Source: Camelus dromedarius
Taxonomy: Eukaryota
Direction of reading: 5' to 3'
Length of the DNA: 64,000 nucleotides
Assembly (NCBI RefSeq): GCF_036321535.1
Contig: NC_087436.1
Location: 27,654,001-27,718,000 of the forward strand
Positions 52,441 to 64,000 of the stretch are shown here, one piece after another. The number at the start of each line of letters is the position of its first letter. Positions within the stretch are counted from its first letter, which is position 1. The position numbers were made by a program, and so were the translations under genes. The notes beneath the pieces were generated by a model. It was not told the origin of the DNA. It did not search any database and worked only from the letters and a program-made list of their open reading frames with translations.

Positions 52441-54420
52441 TTACTTAATACTGTGGTTCAAATTACAGTTATATTTGGAATCACTAAACTTAAACACTGT
52501 ACCCTTATAATCTTAGGAAAATAACATAAAATTTTTAAAAATAGATATGGTTCACCTTAGCTATAGCCTTGCCTAGATTTTCCATAGGTAGAGTGCCCAC
52601 TGCCCTAAAATCTCCCATAGTGGCCATACAAACTGACACAAGGAGTAATAAATTAAATTAAAATTAAAGTCTTTGACACAACTGGCTTCACAAAATGGGG
52701 ACCCCACAAACCTCCAGGTAAAATGATTAATATGATACAATATAAATTAAAACAAAATCTTCAAAAATTAGAACTTATTATTTAGGACCCAATTGATAAG
52801 CAGGAGACTTTCCCCCACTACTTCACCACAAGATGGCCCAATTTTTCCTTTCTTTAAGACCTAAAAGAAGGAATTGTGCTTCATGGTAGTTTACTATGGA
52901 CTTAATACTGTGGTCTCATTCACTGAAGGTCCTGTACCTAATAATCCAGTATTATTAAAATTGCTAATTCCATCTAATCAACAACCAATAAATATTTTGT
53001 TAGTATCCATTGGCTAATGAGTTCTATTCAGTGTCTTATTTCAGCAGCCTTTTTTAGCCACAATTTGTTTTTGTCTGAAAAGACACAACACGTCTTCACT
53101 AGGCTACACTTAGGAGACCTCAAGAAGTTTGCCATCACACACAGTCTTTGCAGATAAGATTCTAACTACACTCACCTTTCTCCAGGAGCAAAGGTATGAC
53201 ATTACATCAATGACATTCTCCAAAAATGATTTATCTGACTCACTAAAGACTTACAAATACAAAGTTATTTAGTCCTTTTTGGCTTCTAGAGGCAACATAT
53301 TTCTCATCTACTAATTTTACTTAAATCTTACTGATGCTATTTCCAAATCAGCCCGTTTTGACTTTAAAATCAACAGACACTCCTGTTAGTGCCCTGGGAG
53401 ATTCCTTCTCTGTAAAAGTTCTGGCAACCACCTCTTATGCCTCCTAGACTCTATAGATCATCTATTATATGGCCACAAGTTGACAAAAGGCTTCCAATAC
53501 AAAGACCTGCCCTACTTAGCCCTGTGTTGTACACATACCATTAGAGCAGCAATTACCAGCCATCTATTGGGCTCTTTTAAAAGTAGAGGCTCTCACAGAC
53601 CCTGAGCCTTTGACCCTCTTTCCCCACATGCTGATTATGCTTTGGAATCATGAAAGTAATACCCCATTAGCTCGAAGGAGTTACTAAGACATTCTTGAAA
53701 CAAGATAGAGCTAACTCCAGGCTGTCTGCCATATTCCATCTGTAGGGGTGGAATATTCCACTGTCCTCAGTCCCCATCAGATGCCATCATGCTAGAGAAG
53801 GTCACTCCTTCCCCAGACCCATGGCTACCTAGGGAGCACCTTGATTAACTGAGCAATAAGGAGAGTTTTTAGACCCTACAGATGGCATTGCCACCATCAT
53901 ACGTCATGGAACTCAGGAGAATGTTACTATTTTCCACCCCTTAAGCAGGATGTCCTTGATAAAAGGCAGGACCTGGGGTGAACACAACTGGCTAAATTTA
54001 AGACAGTTTACACTAGATGCCTTGGCCAACAAATGACCGCATCCAAACATTTTTACAAACTTGTTTCCTGCAGAGGAAAGAATTCTGGAAGTCTTTTTTT
54101 CCGCACAGATATCCAAAATATAAATTGAGGTCAAACGTCTCTACGTATTTCAAGGCTGCAACACAAGGCCTCACCAGCTTCGACTTGTTTCCGTTTGGAG
54201 CTTCAGACACTCCTGACAGTGACAGGGCACACACTTCGCATCTCAAAATATATCATGCTGTATTTTAAGAAGTGAAAGACGTTCAATAAAACATACATTT
54301 TCTTGATAAGTTCCAGGCAGCCAGTTTAATTTAGGAACAAATTGTCTCCTCAAACAACTCCTTTCTAAACTCATCTGACAAATCAACCCCTAAATGGGAC
54401 TCTATTTTGCCCAAGATTTT
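52441..54420 (+). pseudogene. pol: Decayed ERVL-type (class III) pro-pol with protease, RT and integrase motifs
   Basis: Hand translation gives LLNTVVQITVI (52441-52473, DTGA protease motif), KELCFMVVYYGLN (52868-52906), FTRLHLGDLKKFAITHSLCR*...V*HYINDIL (53095-53220, YxDD decayed to YIND), LFGF*RQHISHL (53275-53310), FGASDTPDSDRAH (54194-54232) and QAASLI*/TNCLLKQL (54314-54360). Many stops and frameshifts. Confidence 0.88.
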
Positions 54421-55822
54421 AATTTCTCTAATTTTGAGACTCCTTGGCCAAATCACACCAATTAAAAAAAAAAAAAAACATTTCCCAATTCTCTTTCTCA
54501 TATTGAAGTGGGGTATATCTCACCCCCATGTAAAAATAAATACTCATTATATATGAGGCCTGTTAATAATGCCTCCCCTATCTTTATAGATTTTTGAGAC
54601 TTTTCCTATCCCACAGGACTAGAGGCCAGATGGAGGGGGAACACTTTCCTGAGATCCATTAACCATAAATTGTCCTACGGTCCTAGCACCTGCCCTTCTG
54701 GTATGGAACCCACCTGTGGGGAGTATAGGTAAAAAGTATAGTGAATTAATCTATGTTCTCCCTCTGATTTCCTCCAAAAATTAAAATTAGTACTCCAGGG
54801 CCATTCCAACACTGTGAATTACCAAATACTCAGGAAGTAAAAAAAAAAAAAAAAAAATCACAATCAAAGAGATAAAATCTTATCTGATAATAATAAACTA
54901 GACAGTTCTTCTTTGGTAATAATACATACAAGGAAAAGAATCAACATCAGACAGTGAATCCGTCAGGTGCAGCTGCACATTCTCCTGTTGATTGTTGGTC
55001 TTATTATTATCAGGCTGGATACCTTCATTAGAATTGTAATTCAGAGACTCAAATGCTTCCATAACCTATTGTTTAAACCGAACATGACAGATGCTGAGGC
55101 CCACATGCCATTTAGTTTGGCTAATACAAGTCAGCAGGCCCCAAACCTCTCCAACTTGCCCATCGGCATATAAGGGTATAGAAGAGTGTTGATGAAACAT
55201 GGCACTTGAGATACTGTTGACAAATATGGCAAGATGGGCATCAATTGGCTGTTAAGGCATAAATACAATTGCAGGGGGTGGAGTAGTGAATGTAGCAGAG
55301 CATACGGAGTCAGCATATCTGGTTTACCCTTTTGAAAATTTTGTGAAGAGAAGTGGTAAAGTATTTGGAGAACAATTTGTAGTCATAAAAAGATTTTCTT
55401 ATGAGACAGAATTAAATTAAATATGAATGCTGTCAGGAATGATTTCACAAATCGTGGGCACTGGTGATGCCGAAGAAACAAGGCCTAGTGGCCAGAGCAG
55501 GGTGCTACGGAGCGTGAAAAGGGATGACATGCAGGGTAATGTCCTCATGTGGGAAAAGGACTTTGGGCAAGAGGGGAAAGCTTCTCCTCCAATGAGAAAA
55601 AAGATGTCTATGTAGATGCATGTCGGTAATTAGATTTGATGATAGAAAAATGAGAAAAAATGAAGAATTTTAATTTCTCAAAGACATATAAAGTAACCCA
55701 TCAGTGAGATGTGTATGTGGATGGAGTTTGGGATAAAAGGAATAGGAGACAGGAAGCAACCAAAGCATAAGGCTGTCTTTCGAAAAGCAGATAAGAAACC
55801 TAAAAAAGGTTCTAAAAAACCT

Positions 55823-55909
55823 GAAAGCATTAAGGACAGTTTTTTAAGTTAGCAATTCCAATGGGAAAGCATTAAGGACATATTTTTAAGTTAGCAATTC
55901 CAATGGGAA
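55823..55909. repeat. 42-bp tandem duplication (40/42 identical)
   Basis: GAAAGCATTAAGGACA(GT/TA)TTTTTAAGTTAGCAATTCCAATGG at 55823-55864 and 55865-55906. Confidence 0.97.
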
Positions 55910-57014
55910 TATACAAATACATATACATGTAACACACATGTCATCTCAAAATTTTTATCTTGCCTTTAGAATAATTATATGAAACTACTTAAAGATGGAG
56001 TGGGAAGTGCTTTCAGTATCAAATATTTTTTGTTGTTGAAGCAGGCATGTTATAGCTATAAGAAATAAACATAAAATTAGAAATTTGATTTTTTACATAC
56101 TGTCAATGTGGCAACAAAAGTTAAGAAAAGTATATGGCAAGACTGAATAGTTTTATGTGGTTGAAGTATCTAATGTTAAGATATGTATGTGCCATATGTA
56201 CAATGTAAATTTCCCAAAGTTTGAGTAAAGGAAAGTTTATGCTAAAATTTGTTGTTTTACCTTCACAAAAAAATGCTAAAATTTTCAACTCATTTTCGTT
56301 GTGAAGACTATTCTGTGTGATTTTTACTTCAGAAAGTTGAATCTTTGTACATGCATATCTAATTTGCATTAAAATACAGTTACCTGCATTGCTATTTTTG
56401 CTAGTCTTAACTGTCAAAAGTGCATTATGTTGAATGGCTATTTTTTAAAAATGAAAATTTGAGTGCAGAAACTTTGTATGATCATTACATCCCTGGTGCC
56501 TAATATCCAATACTTGATTTCATAGCAATCATGGATCAACTCATACTAATACAATTATATAGATTGATATAAACATGACTTTATAGATTTGTAGTTTATT
56601 GGCAAGTGGTAGGAAATCTATGAGAAACAATAGGAATTACTTATATTGAATAAAACACAAGATAAATTAGACTGCCAGCAAGTAGAAAGTATTTATCTTC
56701 CTATGAAGGACTTTTGAAAACATATTTGTAACTGGAATTCAGAGGATTCTGTAGGTTGAGAGCATACATGTGTAAAGTCAATAAGGCATTGACGTGCAAG
56801 GTACTGCGTTAACAAAATCATTGCTGCATAGAAAATATGTGAAAAAACACTTATTAATTGAAGTGTTCATTCTTCAAACACATTTTAAACACATGACACA
56901 AAAGGCAAATTTATTTTTTCAGGCAACAGCTCCAAAGTTGATATAGTCTTTGCAATAACCTCTCTTAAAACTTGTGTGATGAAGAAATTGTCTCTGTTTC
57001 TTTAAGCATGTAGG

Positions 57015-57200
57015 TATTAATTCATCAAATATTTTCTGAGCACCTACCATATACCAGTAACAATAGGCACTAGGGATACAGTGGTGAACAAAAGAGACAA
57101 ATAGCCTTTCTTCATGGACCTTGGAATCTAGTGTGGTGCTCAGAAATGAGCAAATGCTTCTCCCAGGTGATGACAAGTGATAGGAGAATTAAGGGAGCAA
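57015..57200 (-). mobile_element. L2 3' end
   Basis: 'aattcatcaaatattttctgagcacctaccatatacc...taggcactagggatacagtggtgaacaaaagagacaaa...cttcatggaccttggaatctagtg'. Confidence 0.85.
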
Positions 57201-58144
57201 CATGGGGGTACATCTGTCAAGTTCTTAACATTGTGCCAGTGAAACTGCACGAGGTTGGGAACTATTGGCAGCAAATCAGGGTTTGTCTTACATCAGAATT
57301 ACTGCATTGCCTCATTAACTGAATGGTTGAACAGTGAAAAGAAGGTATGTCAAAGAAAGAACGAAACTACTGAACTAGCCGGTTGTAACTGATCAATAAT
57401 CAAAGATCATTCAGTCAATTCTTACAGCTAAACTTCTCCCATGACCCTGATTTTCTCAATAACTATTGTGATTTTATAATACTTAAGGGGATAAAAGCTA
57501 CATATTTTGTTCAAGCCAGTTTAAATCAGGATAGAATGAAGCTGTCAGGTCTCAATGTGACATGCTAAAACACACATATCTAGAAAGCAGTTTTATGGCA
57601 ATTTGGCTATTCTGTACAGCCTATGTGTTTAAAATATATCACCCTAACACACACAAATCTTCACACTTTGGCAGATGGACAAATAAGACTTGATAGTATC
57701 ATGTGCATTCAGGAAAAAAAAGTTGAAATTAGCTAAATTTATGTTAAAGTAATGAAGTTTGTAAGACATTGTCATGAATTGATTATGAAACAACAATATT
57801 TCCCTTTATATTTAAAACACAAATGTATTATTATTTCTGGATAAGGAAAAAAGAAAGGGAGGAAGGAAAAGAGAGAAGGCGAGAAAGAAAAGGAAGGAGG
57901 AGGGGAGGAAAAAAGAAACAAAAAAGACAGTCATATTCCCTTTAATATTATCACAGAAAGTAATTCATATTCCTGATTCATTTTTAATCTTGAGAAATAA
58001 AATGATTTATTTGATTATAAAATAATCATCCATTAAATTCTTTGTAATTATACACTTAAGATAACTCATTATGATTTAGAAATTTTTTGTTAATTTGTTG
58101 GCAAATCTGTTGCTGACATCTGCATGTCTTTCTCATACACAGTG

Positions 58145-58619
58145 TAGGGTAGGCAGAAAAGCTGCCCACCAAAGATGTTCACATCTCAGTCACCCAAAAC
58201 TGTGAGTGTGGTATTGCACATGGCAAAATTGCCTTTGCAGGTATGTTTAAATGAAGGAGGGAGATTGCCCTACATTATTCAAGTGGTTTTAATTTAATCA
58301 CATGGGTCCTGAAAGGCTAACATTTTTGGCTGTGGTCAGAGGGACACATGACAAGGGAAAGATGGGCAGAGAGATGCAGCCTTGCTGACACTGAACATAG
58401 AAGGGAGCCAAGGAACGTAGTGGACTCTCGGTGCTAGAAAAGGCAAGAAAACAGAATGTTTCCAGTCCCTCCAGAAAAGAACATAACCCTGGACACCTTG
58501 GTTTTAGCCTAGCATGACCTGTATCAGACTTCTAACCTTACAGGAGCTGACAAATTTGTGTTGTTTTAAGCCACTAAGTTTGTGAGAGTTTGTTACAGTA
58601 GCAATAGGAAGTTAATACA
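58145..58619 (+). mobile_element. MLT1D-like solo MaLR LTR
   Basis: 'ggtaggcagaaaagctgcccaccaaagatgttcacatc...ctagaaaaggcaagaaaacaga...ctccagaaaagaac...tttgtgttgttttaagccactaagtttgtg...tttgttacagtagcaataggaagttaataca'. 5-bp TSD cagtg/tagtg. Confidence 0.92.
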
Positions 58620-60059
58620 TAGTGGGGAGTCACTGCCTAACAGGTTGTATAAAATGGGGACATTTTATAACTTTCTTATTGTGTCAGGAATATGGATATA
58701 AGAAATAAAACAATACTCAGGAAAAAAAAAATCACAACAGCTTTCATAGAAATAGAAATTTCTTTCCAAATCAATATTTTCCCATTACTTCATGATTCTT
58801 TCCCAAATTAAAAAAAAAATGCAATTATAACCAAATCATACCACCATGTAATTTAGTACTATTATACCAGAAAAAACAAATACATTTTCATGCAGTGTCC
58901 TAAGTAGGTAGTAGATGGTTTATAACTCTATTTCTTATAAAAGATTATCTAGGAAGCAGTAATACCAGTGTGTGTTTGTTTTCTACAATTGATGGATGAG
59001 GTTAAAAATCCAATGAAATATTTGCTTGAGATGGTCCTTTCATAAACTTTTATTGTGCTATTAAATTTAATCACAAACAATAAGAATGATGGAATTTATA
59101 TTAGATATGAGCAAACAAGACAAGGTGAAAAGCTGCATTGTGTGTTGAAATTCCACATATTATCTACTTTCTAGTCAATTACACAAATATATTTGTTAAT
59201 CAAACTTAAAATAGACAATGATTAAATATTTAATTTCTAGCTGATATTATTTTCAATTTAGCCTATGGAAATAGGAAATTCTTATTTTAGTAAATGTAAA
59301 CACTTCTCTGAAGCCATAGTCTATCTTTAATTCCTTATTATATATTAAAATATTCTCTATAGCAGGAAAAATTAATAAATTTTGATCTCCCAACCTTTAT
59401 CTCCCTTGATTAACTGAGCATTAGTAACATGATGCACAAGCAAAAGTCATTTAGCTAGTGAGTGTGGGGAGGGAAAAAGGATATTTATAGAAATGGAAAG
59501 GCTGAGAGTATTTTGATTTGCTGAAGGTTGGTGGAGTATCTAGAAGAGAGTATGTAATCGGTCAGGATGCATTTTACATCATTTAAGAGACATTCACTGA
59601 ACTGAACTGAACAGAACAGTAGCAAGAACATGCTAAGGCAATGAGGCGTAAAAAAAATGTTAAATGAAATTAAGAAACATAGGATAAGCAGATACTCATA
59701 TGTATCCGCAAACTGAAACTGACAAATGTCAACAAAATAGAATTTGCAGACAAGCAAATTAGATTACTTACTATGGATCAGTCTGTAGTATTAAAAAATG
59801 CAAATGAGAACATTTCAACTCAAATCACTTTGATAATATCAAGTTAACCAGGAATCAGTAAGCTATAGAGTTATATCAAAATATCTCTTACCACCTTCTG
59901 CATATGACTATGGCTTGATAACATATGAATGGGACATACTGGAGGGAATTAAAGGAGAGAAAAGACTCTTCATCACCTTCTGTGATGGTGACAGGAGAGT
60001 GCTAACAGTGAGGAATGATCCTGTACAAATCTTTTGGGATACCCTACTAACTATTCTAA

Positions 60060-60600
60060 TAATAAAGTATAATCTCAGGTAGTTGTAAACAATGCCTCAA
60101 AATCTGGTGTAAAATTATTAAATGCCTGCTTATTGTTTATGTTTTGCTCTGATTCTAGTATCCATTGATTGAGACTCAGGACTGCTTTTGAAGTTAGGCA
60201 AGTGCTGTTTGCTTTGATGTCGATAGATGTTCCAAACCTGACTCAGCTCCATAGAGGCAAGGAACAAAGAGAGAATCTGAGTAGAGACTGCAATAAAATA
60301 GGTTCTCTGCACATAAGGAAAGTGCAGATATACAGGAGAATATCAGAAATGTGAAAGAAATGTCAAACCAGATAGAACAACTTTTTGATGTAGGTGTCAC
60401 AGATCAAATTTTTGTTGGGAAAAATGTTGATGAAATGTCTCTGAGTCCTCCAGAAAAAGATATCTGTTCGCTCAGAGATTTATTAATAAAAGTTTCTTTA
60501 ATATCAACTGTATATATCCAACAAGCTTTCTACAGTTTGACAAACAAATTGCAGGTTTTATAACTTCTCTGGGATCAGGTTATATGGTTCTCTTGAAAAT
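60060..60600 (-). pseudogene. Probable hAT (Charlie/GTF2IRD2-like) transposase C-terminal fossil
   Basis: Minus-strand fragments FGTS (60236-60225), KSSPESQSMD and NFTPDFEALF (60116-60087). Their order and spacing (43 codons from FG to PDF) fit the hAT dimerisation-domain pattern FGSTY..CEQ.FS...KS..RS.L.D......PDF.AL. Very degenerate. Confidence 0.5.
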
Positions 60601-60789
60601 ACGTATAAGCACAGTATATTTCAAACTATATTTTTTGGATTTCCTTACAATTATGTAACTCCTGTAAAATATCTTTAGTTTTGGTGAGAGATACTTTAGG
60701 TGTTTACTCCATGCAGCTGTGTTGAGAAGACCACAGCAGCATGTCAAAGCACAAGCTGGAGAACTGGGATGTCCTCATTTCCTTTCTTA

Positions 60790-61189
60790 ATTAATTAGAT
60801 CCCAGCCTCTCAATATAATCACTCATTGGTCCACCCTCAATTCCTTTGCTCCTCTCTGGCTTCACCATACTTTGCTGGAAAAAGACAAAAACAAATACAA
60901 AATAATTTGACTAAATCCTACCTTCTTCTCTGTGCCTGACTGGGTTTCACTTTATTCATGCTGACTGCAGTCACTTTTAATTACTTAGCAACATCTCAGG
61001 GAGATGCTTATTCCTACAACGAATGCCACTGCATTTTCTGCTTGTTTACTTCTCACACTTTTAGACAGCTGCTTTGTACCTTCTTCTCCCTCCTTAAAAT
61101 TTTAATGTCTCCCACCCTCACTCTTATCCAATGAATCGGCTTCCTACTTCATTGAGAAAATGGAAGTGATCAGAAGAGAACTTCTACAC
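60790..61189 (+). mobile_element. L2 ORF2-region fragment, cut by the ERV1 insertion
   Basis: 'caccctcaattcctttgctcctctct' and 'ttcctacttcattgagaaaatggaagtgatcagaagagaacttc' end abruptly at the LTR's TG. Confidence 0.75.
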
Positions 61190-61500
61190 TGTTACCAAGT
61201 GTATGTTCCTGTTCACGTCTCACAGTGAGGCTGAACAATACTGAAATGATCCATTTGGAGCAGAGAAAGGTTTGTTGCAGGGCCAAGCAAGGAGAACAAG
61301 TGTCTCATGCCCCTAAACCCAGAAACCTCCCTGAAAGTCTCCAGTTGAGACTTTTTTAAAGGCCAGATAAGGGAGGGGCAGCTCAGGGTATGTGATCAGC
61401 TGTGCACAATTCTGAGTGGTTGATGGTGATCAGTCCTTAGGTGCCAGAAGTTCTGGGGGCTACGTACTCATGATCAAGTAATTAATTTCTTTCTTTTGAT
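61190..61500 (-). mobile_element. ERV1-class 3' LTR, apparently truncated on the U3 side
   Basis: 'tgttacc...cacagtgaggctgaacaatactgaaa...tttggagcagagaaaggtttgttgcagggcc...gggtatgtgatcagct...cacaattctga' resembles cetartiodactyl MER41-like ERV1 LTRs, read antisense. Confidence 0.75.
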
Positions 61501-61714
61501 TCTCCTGATCATAAATGGCAGAGGAACTTGGTTTTAATCTCCAATCCTATTTCATCCTTTCCTAAATCTTTCAGGGATTAGGGTATTGTCCACTCTGGCT
61601 ACTGAAACAGGGCAGAGTCCTACCTCTGTTTGGGACACTACACTGGAAATATTCCTGTGTTCTGACCCTGGATCCAAGTCTTGTATGGTCTGGACCTGGC
61701 ACATTGAGGGAGAC

Positions 61715-61880
61715 TTGTAGCCAGATAGCCAGTTGTCTACTCTTATCTGAGTAGGTTTTAAATTTTGATGTGTTATTAACACGTATTCAAGAAGAGCTAC
61801 CAGCTATTAAACTTGTCTCCTTTTTTCTGCTAACATGTGATCTAAAGCAATTTTATTGTCTAAAAATTTAATAGCTACAA
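61715..61880 (-). pseudogene. env: Retroviral env TM remnant (immunosuppressive-domain region)
   Basis: Minus strand 61863-61819 translates LDNKIALDHMLAEKR. After a frameshift comes IAGSSS*IRVNNTSKFKTYSDKSRQLAIWLQ, matching the gamma-type TM layout LDNRIALDYLLAEQGGVC...SCCTWIN with the cysteines lost. Confidence 0.85.
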
Positions 61881-62087
61881 AAGGAGACATTGAGGTCATA
61901 AGTTTGCAGCTGCCATCAGCTGGCAGACACTGCTTTGAGAATGGCTGGTGGTGTCCCAAGTATGACACAGCTCAGAAAATCCGAGTTCTCAATAATACAG
62001 AAATGTGTCTGAAATCATGTCCACAATGGCCACCTAGTTCTACCTTAGATGTCTGAACCACAGCTACTCCATTTTGACTTTCGAATG

Positions 62088-62546
62088 TGTGAACGAAAAC
62101 TACTGCAAGCCATATCATTAAAAGAATGCTGAAGCCATCAAGTCATCAGCCACTGCCACCACCACCACAGTGAAGATAAGCCTGCAGCTCGGCCTCTGCA
62201 GCCTGAGGGGGCCTAAAATAAGAAAGGACAAGATGCTGGCCCTAGATAGCTAGATGCTTGTCAAAGGAATGATTTCAATAAGCCCAAATGTTTGCTCCCT
62301 CCCATACATAGAATAGCGCTACATTCTTTAACTGGAGATGTCTTGCTTTCTTCAGTTAACAAATAATCTTTTAATATTCTGATTACCTGATCTTTGTTGT
62401 AAAATTCCTATATATCCTAGCTCCTGCCCCCTCTCTTGGAGCAGTCCCTCAGAGTGATCTGAGAGGCTATCATCCTGGCTCAAGTCCTCCCGCCAAATAA
62501 AACATAACTCTTCAACTTTTAGGCTGTTCGTTTATTTCAGTCAACA
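62088..62546 (+). mobile_element. Solo ERV1-class LTR nested antisense inside the ERV1 provirus
   Basis: TG...CA termini with imperfect inverted ends (TGTGAACGAAAA / TTTCAGTCAACA). Perfect 4-bp TSD AATG at 62084-62087 and 62547-62550. TATATAT at 62409-62415, AATAAA at 62496-62501. Confidence 0.9.
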
Positions 62547-64000
62547 AATGCATTCTCCTCAGGGCCAAAGCAGATGTACAATGCATGTCTAAAAGGCCAG
62601 AAAATAGGCCACTTTGTGGTCAGTAAAGTTCAAGGCAAGACATGCATAAGCCAGAATGACTACTCCATACATCATATGTGCAGATTTTTCCATCATTTTT
62701 CCTTTTGATCACAAATCTTTCAATAGAAAGCACTGATTTTCAAAACATCTGTCCCTAGATGCTGGGCTGGTAGCTCCTGCCCAGGTTCAGATCATGTCGC
62801 TAGGCGCTTTATATTTGCCTTTATATGTATATTTATATGTATATGTTGAGGAAAAAGTAATCAGATATTATGGGGAAACACTTCATAGGTCATAGGTCAT
62901 ACATTTTATCACTTATACCCAATTGTTACACAAGCTTGTGCATGTGCTTTTAGCAATAGATTTAAAGCAGGCATTGTTATACAACATGAGTAGTTATATT
63001 CTGTGACAATTCCCTTAGAGAATTCTCTTTCTACCCTGAACAATGGGAGAAGTGTTAAGAGGGAGACAAACATTTGATAAATAGTTCAACTAAAAAACAT
63101 AGATTAAATGCCAGTAATAGTTCACACAAAACCAAAAAAAATTACAACTGTATTCATCAGTTCACTCAATCCTGTACAATTAATTCTTTTTACTAAAAGT
63201 TTTATGAAATCAGAGTTTTCATTAGATTTTTTAAATATTTTACCCAACTCAGCATTATCACTTAAAAAAAAAAAAAGCACTGTACTTGTCAGAAAGTTCC
63301 TTCTATGAATCTTTTTGGAGATGAAGCAGTTTTGAAAAGTATCAACTTAACTGTCTATGAATGACAAAAGACTTTAAAAGACAAGGTCAAAGATCTGATT
63401 ACAACGTTTTTGACAAAAAAGCTTAATCAAGTTGCTGTGACATACAACATTCTAAGATAACTAGAGTAACTATAGTTATGACTGATAGCATTATACCAAC
63501 TCGTATCTAAATTTCAGAAACTTTATATAATGTCTAGAACATCTATATTAATAACATGTATCCTACTGTAGAATCTGAATAGGCTTACCACGCATTTAAC
63601 AAAGCTTCCCATGTAATTTAACATACTAACCAATCCTAGTTTAATAGTTTTCTCTGGGATGCCTCAGGGGCCCTCTGAAGCATCCTTAACTTAGCTGAAG
63701 TCAAAAGGACTTTAATCAGAATTTGATAGAAAGCTTGTCAAAAATATCAGTTTCACACAAACTGTTATCAGAAGCATTGTAAGTAAACTTATTCTCTTAA
63801 CAGAGAGAAACAAAATGTAGTCCTGCACCAGCCTACTGTTAATAGCAAAATCCACTTACCTAATTAAGTTTGATCAAATGCACAGAACTCCTTTTTTAGG
63901 GCTCTCTTTCTGCATACTTTCCACAACTTTCTGTATCTGTCATTTGTCCCTTATTTTTTCCCCATCTAGAAACAACCAGTTCTAGGACCAAATCACTTTC

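Larger units (their letters stand above)
61500..64000 (-). mobile_element. ERV1-class (MER4-group-like) internal sequence running off the window end
   Basis: Adjacent to the LTR and carries an env TM remnant. The AT-rich internal text 'ggggccctctgaagcatcc...agttagctgaagtcaaaaggactt...gcttgtcaaaaatatca' is typical of MER4-group internal regions. Confidence 0.75.

Noticed and set aside
52826..52837. CTCF/YY1-like word CCACAAGATGGC
   Set aside because: A single short motif inside decayed pol with no supporting context.
23550..55909. CRISPR-like repeat-spacer organisation
   Set aside because: The duplications have only two units and no spacers, and the sequence is mammalian.
1..64000. A host protein-coding gene or novel multi-gene system from the ORF track
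   Set aside because: The ORFs are short (60-130 aa apart from one L1-derived ORF), low-complexity or repeat-derived. They show no host domain motifs and no coherent exon chain. A small exon of a large gene cannot be excluded without alignment.

Overview
AT-rich, CpG-poor placental mammal DNA that is intergenic or deep intronic. I can support no host protein-coding exon, RNA gene or CRISPR array. The supplied ORFs are chance ORFs or repeat-derived, and the only ones with recognisable protein motifs are L1 ORF2 pieces at 38972-39996 and an integrase remnant at 54017-54268. The window is a transposon fossil bed. It holds ancient L2, MIR and L1M fragments, hAT MITEs (MER58, MER20) with 8-bp target-site duplications (TSDs), and ERVL/MaLR LTRs including an LTR-int-LTR MLT1 provirus. 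It also holds a decayed ERVL-type provirus with readable protease, RT and integrase motifs, a probable hAT transposase fossil, and a minus-strand ERV1 provirus with an env immunosuppressive-domain remnant and a nested solo LTR. Younger L1 3' ends are present, one of them 5'-inverted. The young L1 3' UTR and the lack of young SINEs suggest a camelid (inference). I found no convincing undescribed biological system. The best leads are a CpG-retaining patch beside an LTR (19925-20880), a chimeric 237-codon ORF made by the L1 inversion, and a 20-nt exact dispersed duplication. Repeat family names come from recall of consensus sequences, not from a database search, and most boundaries are approximate.
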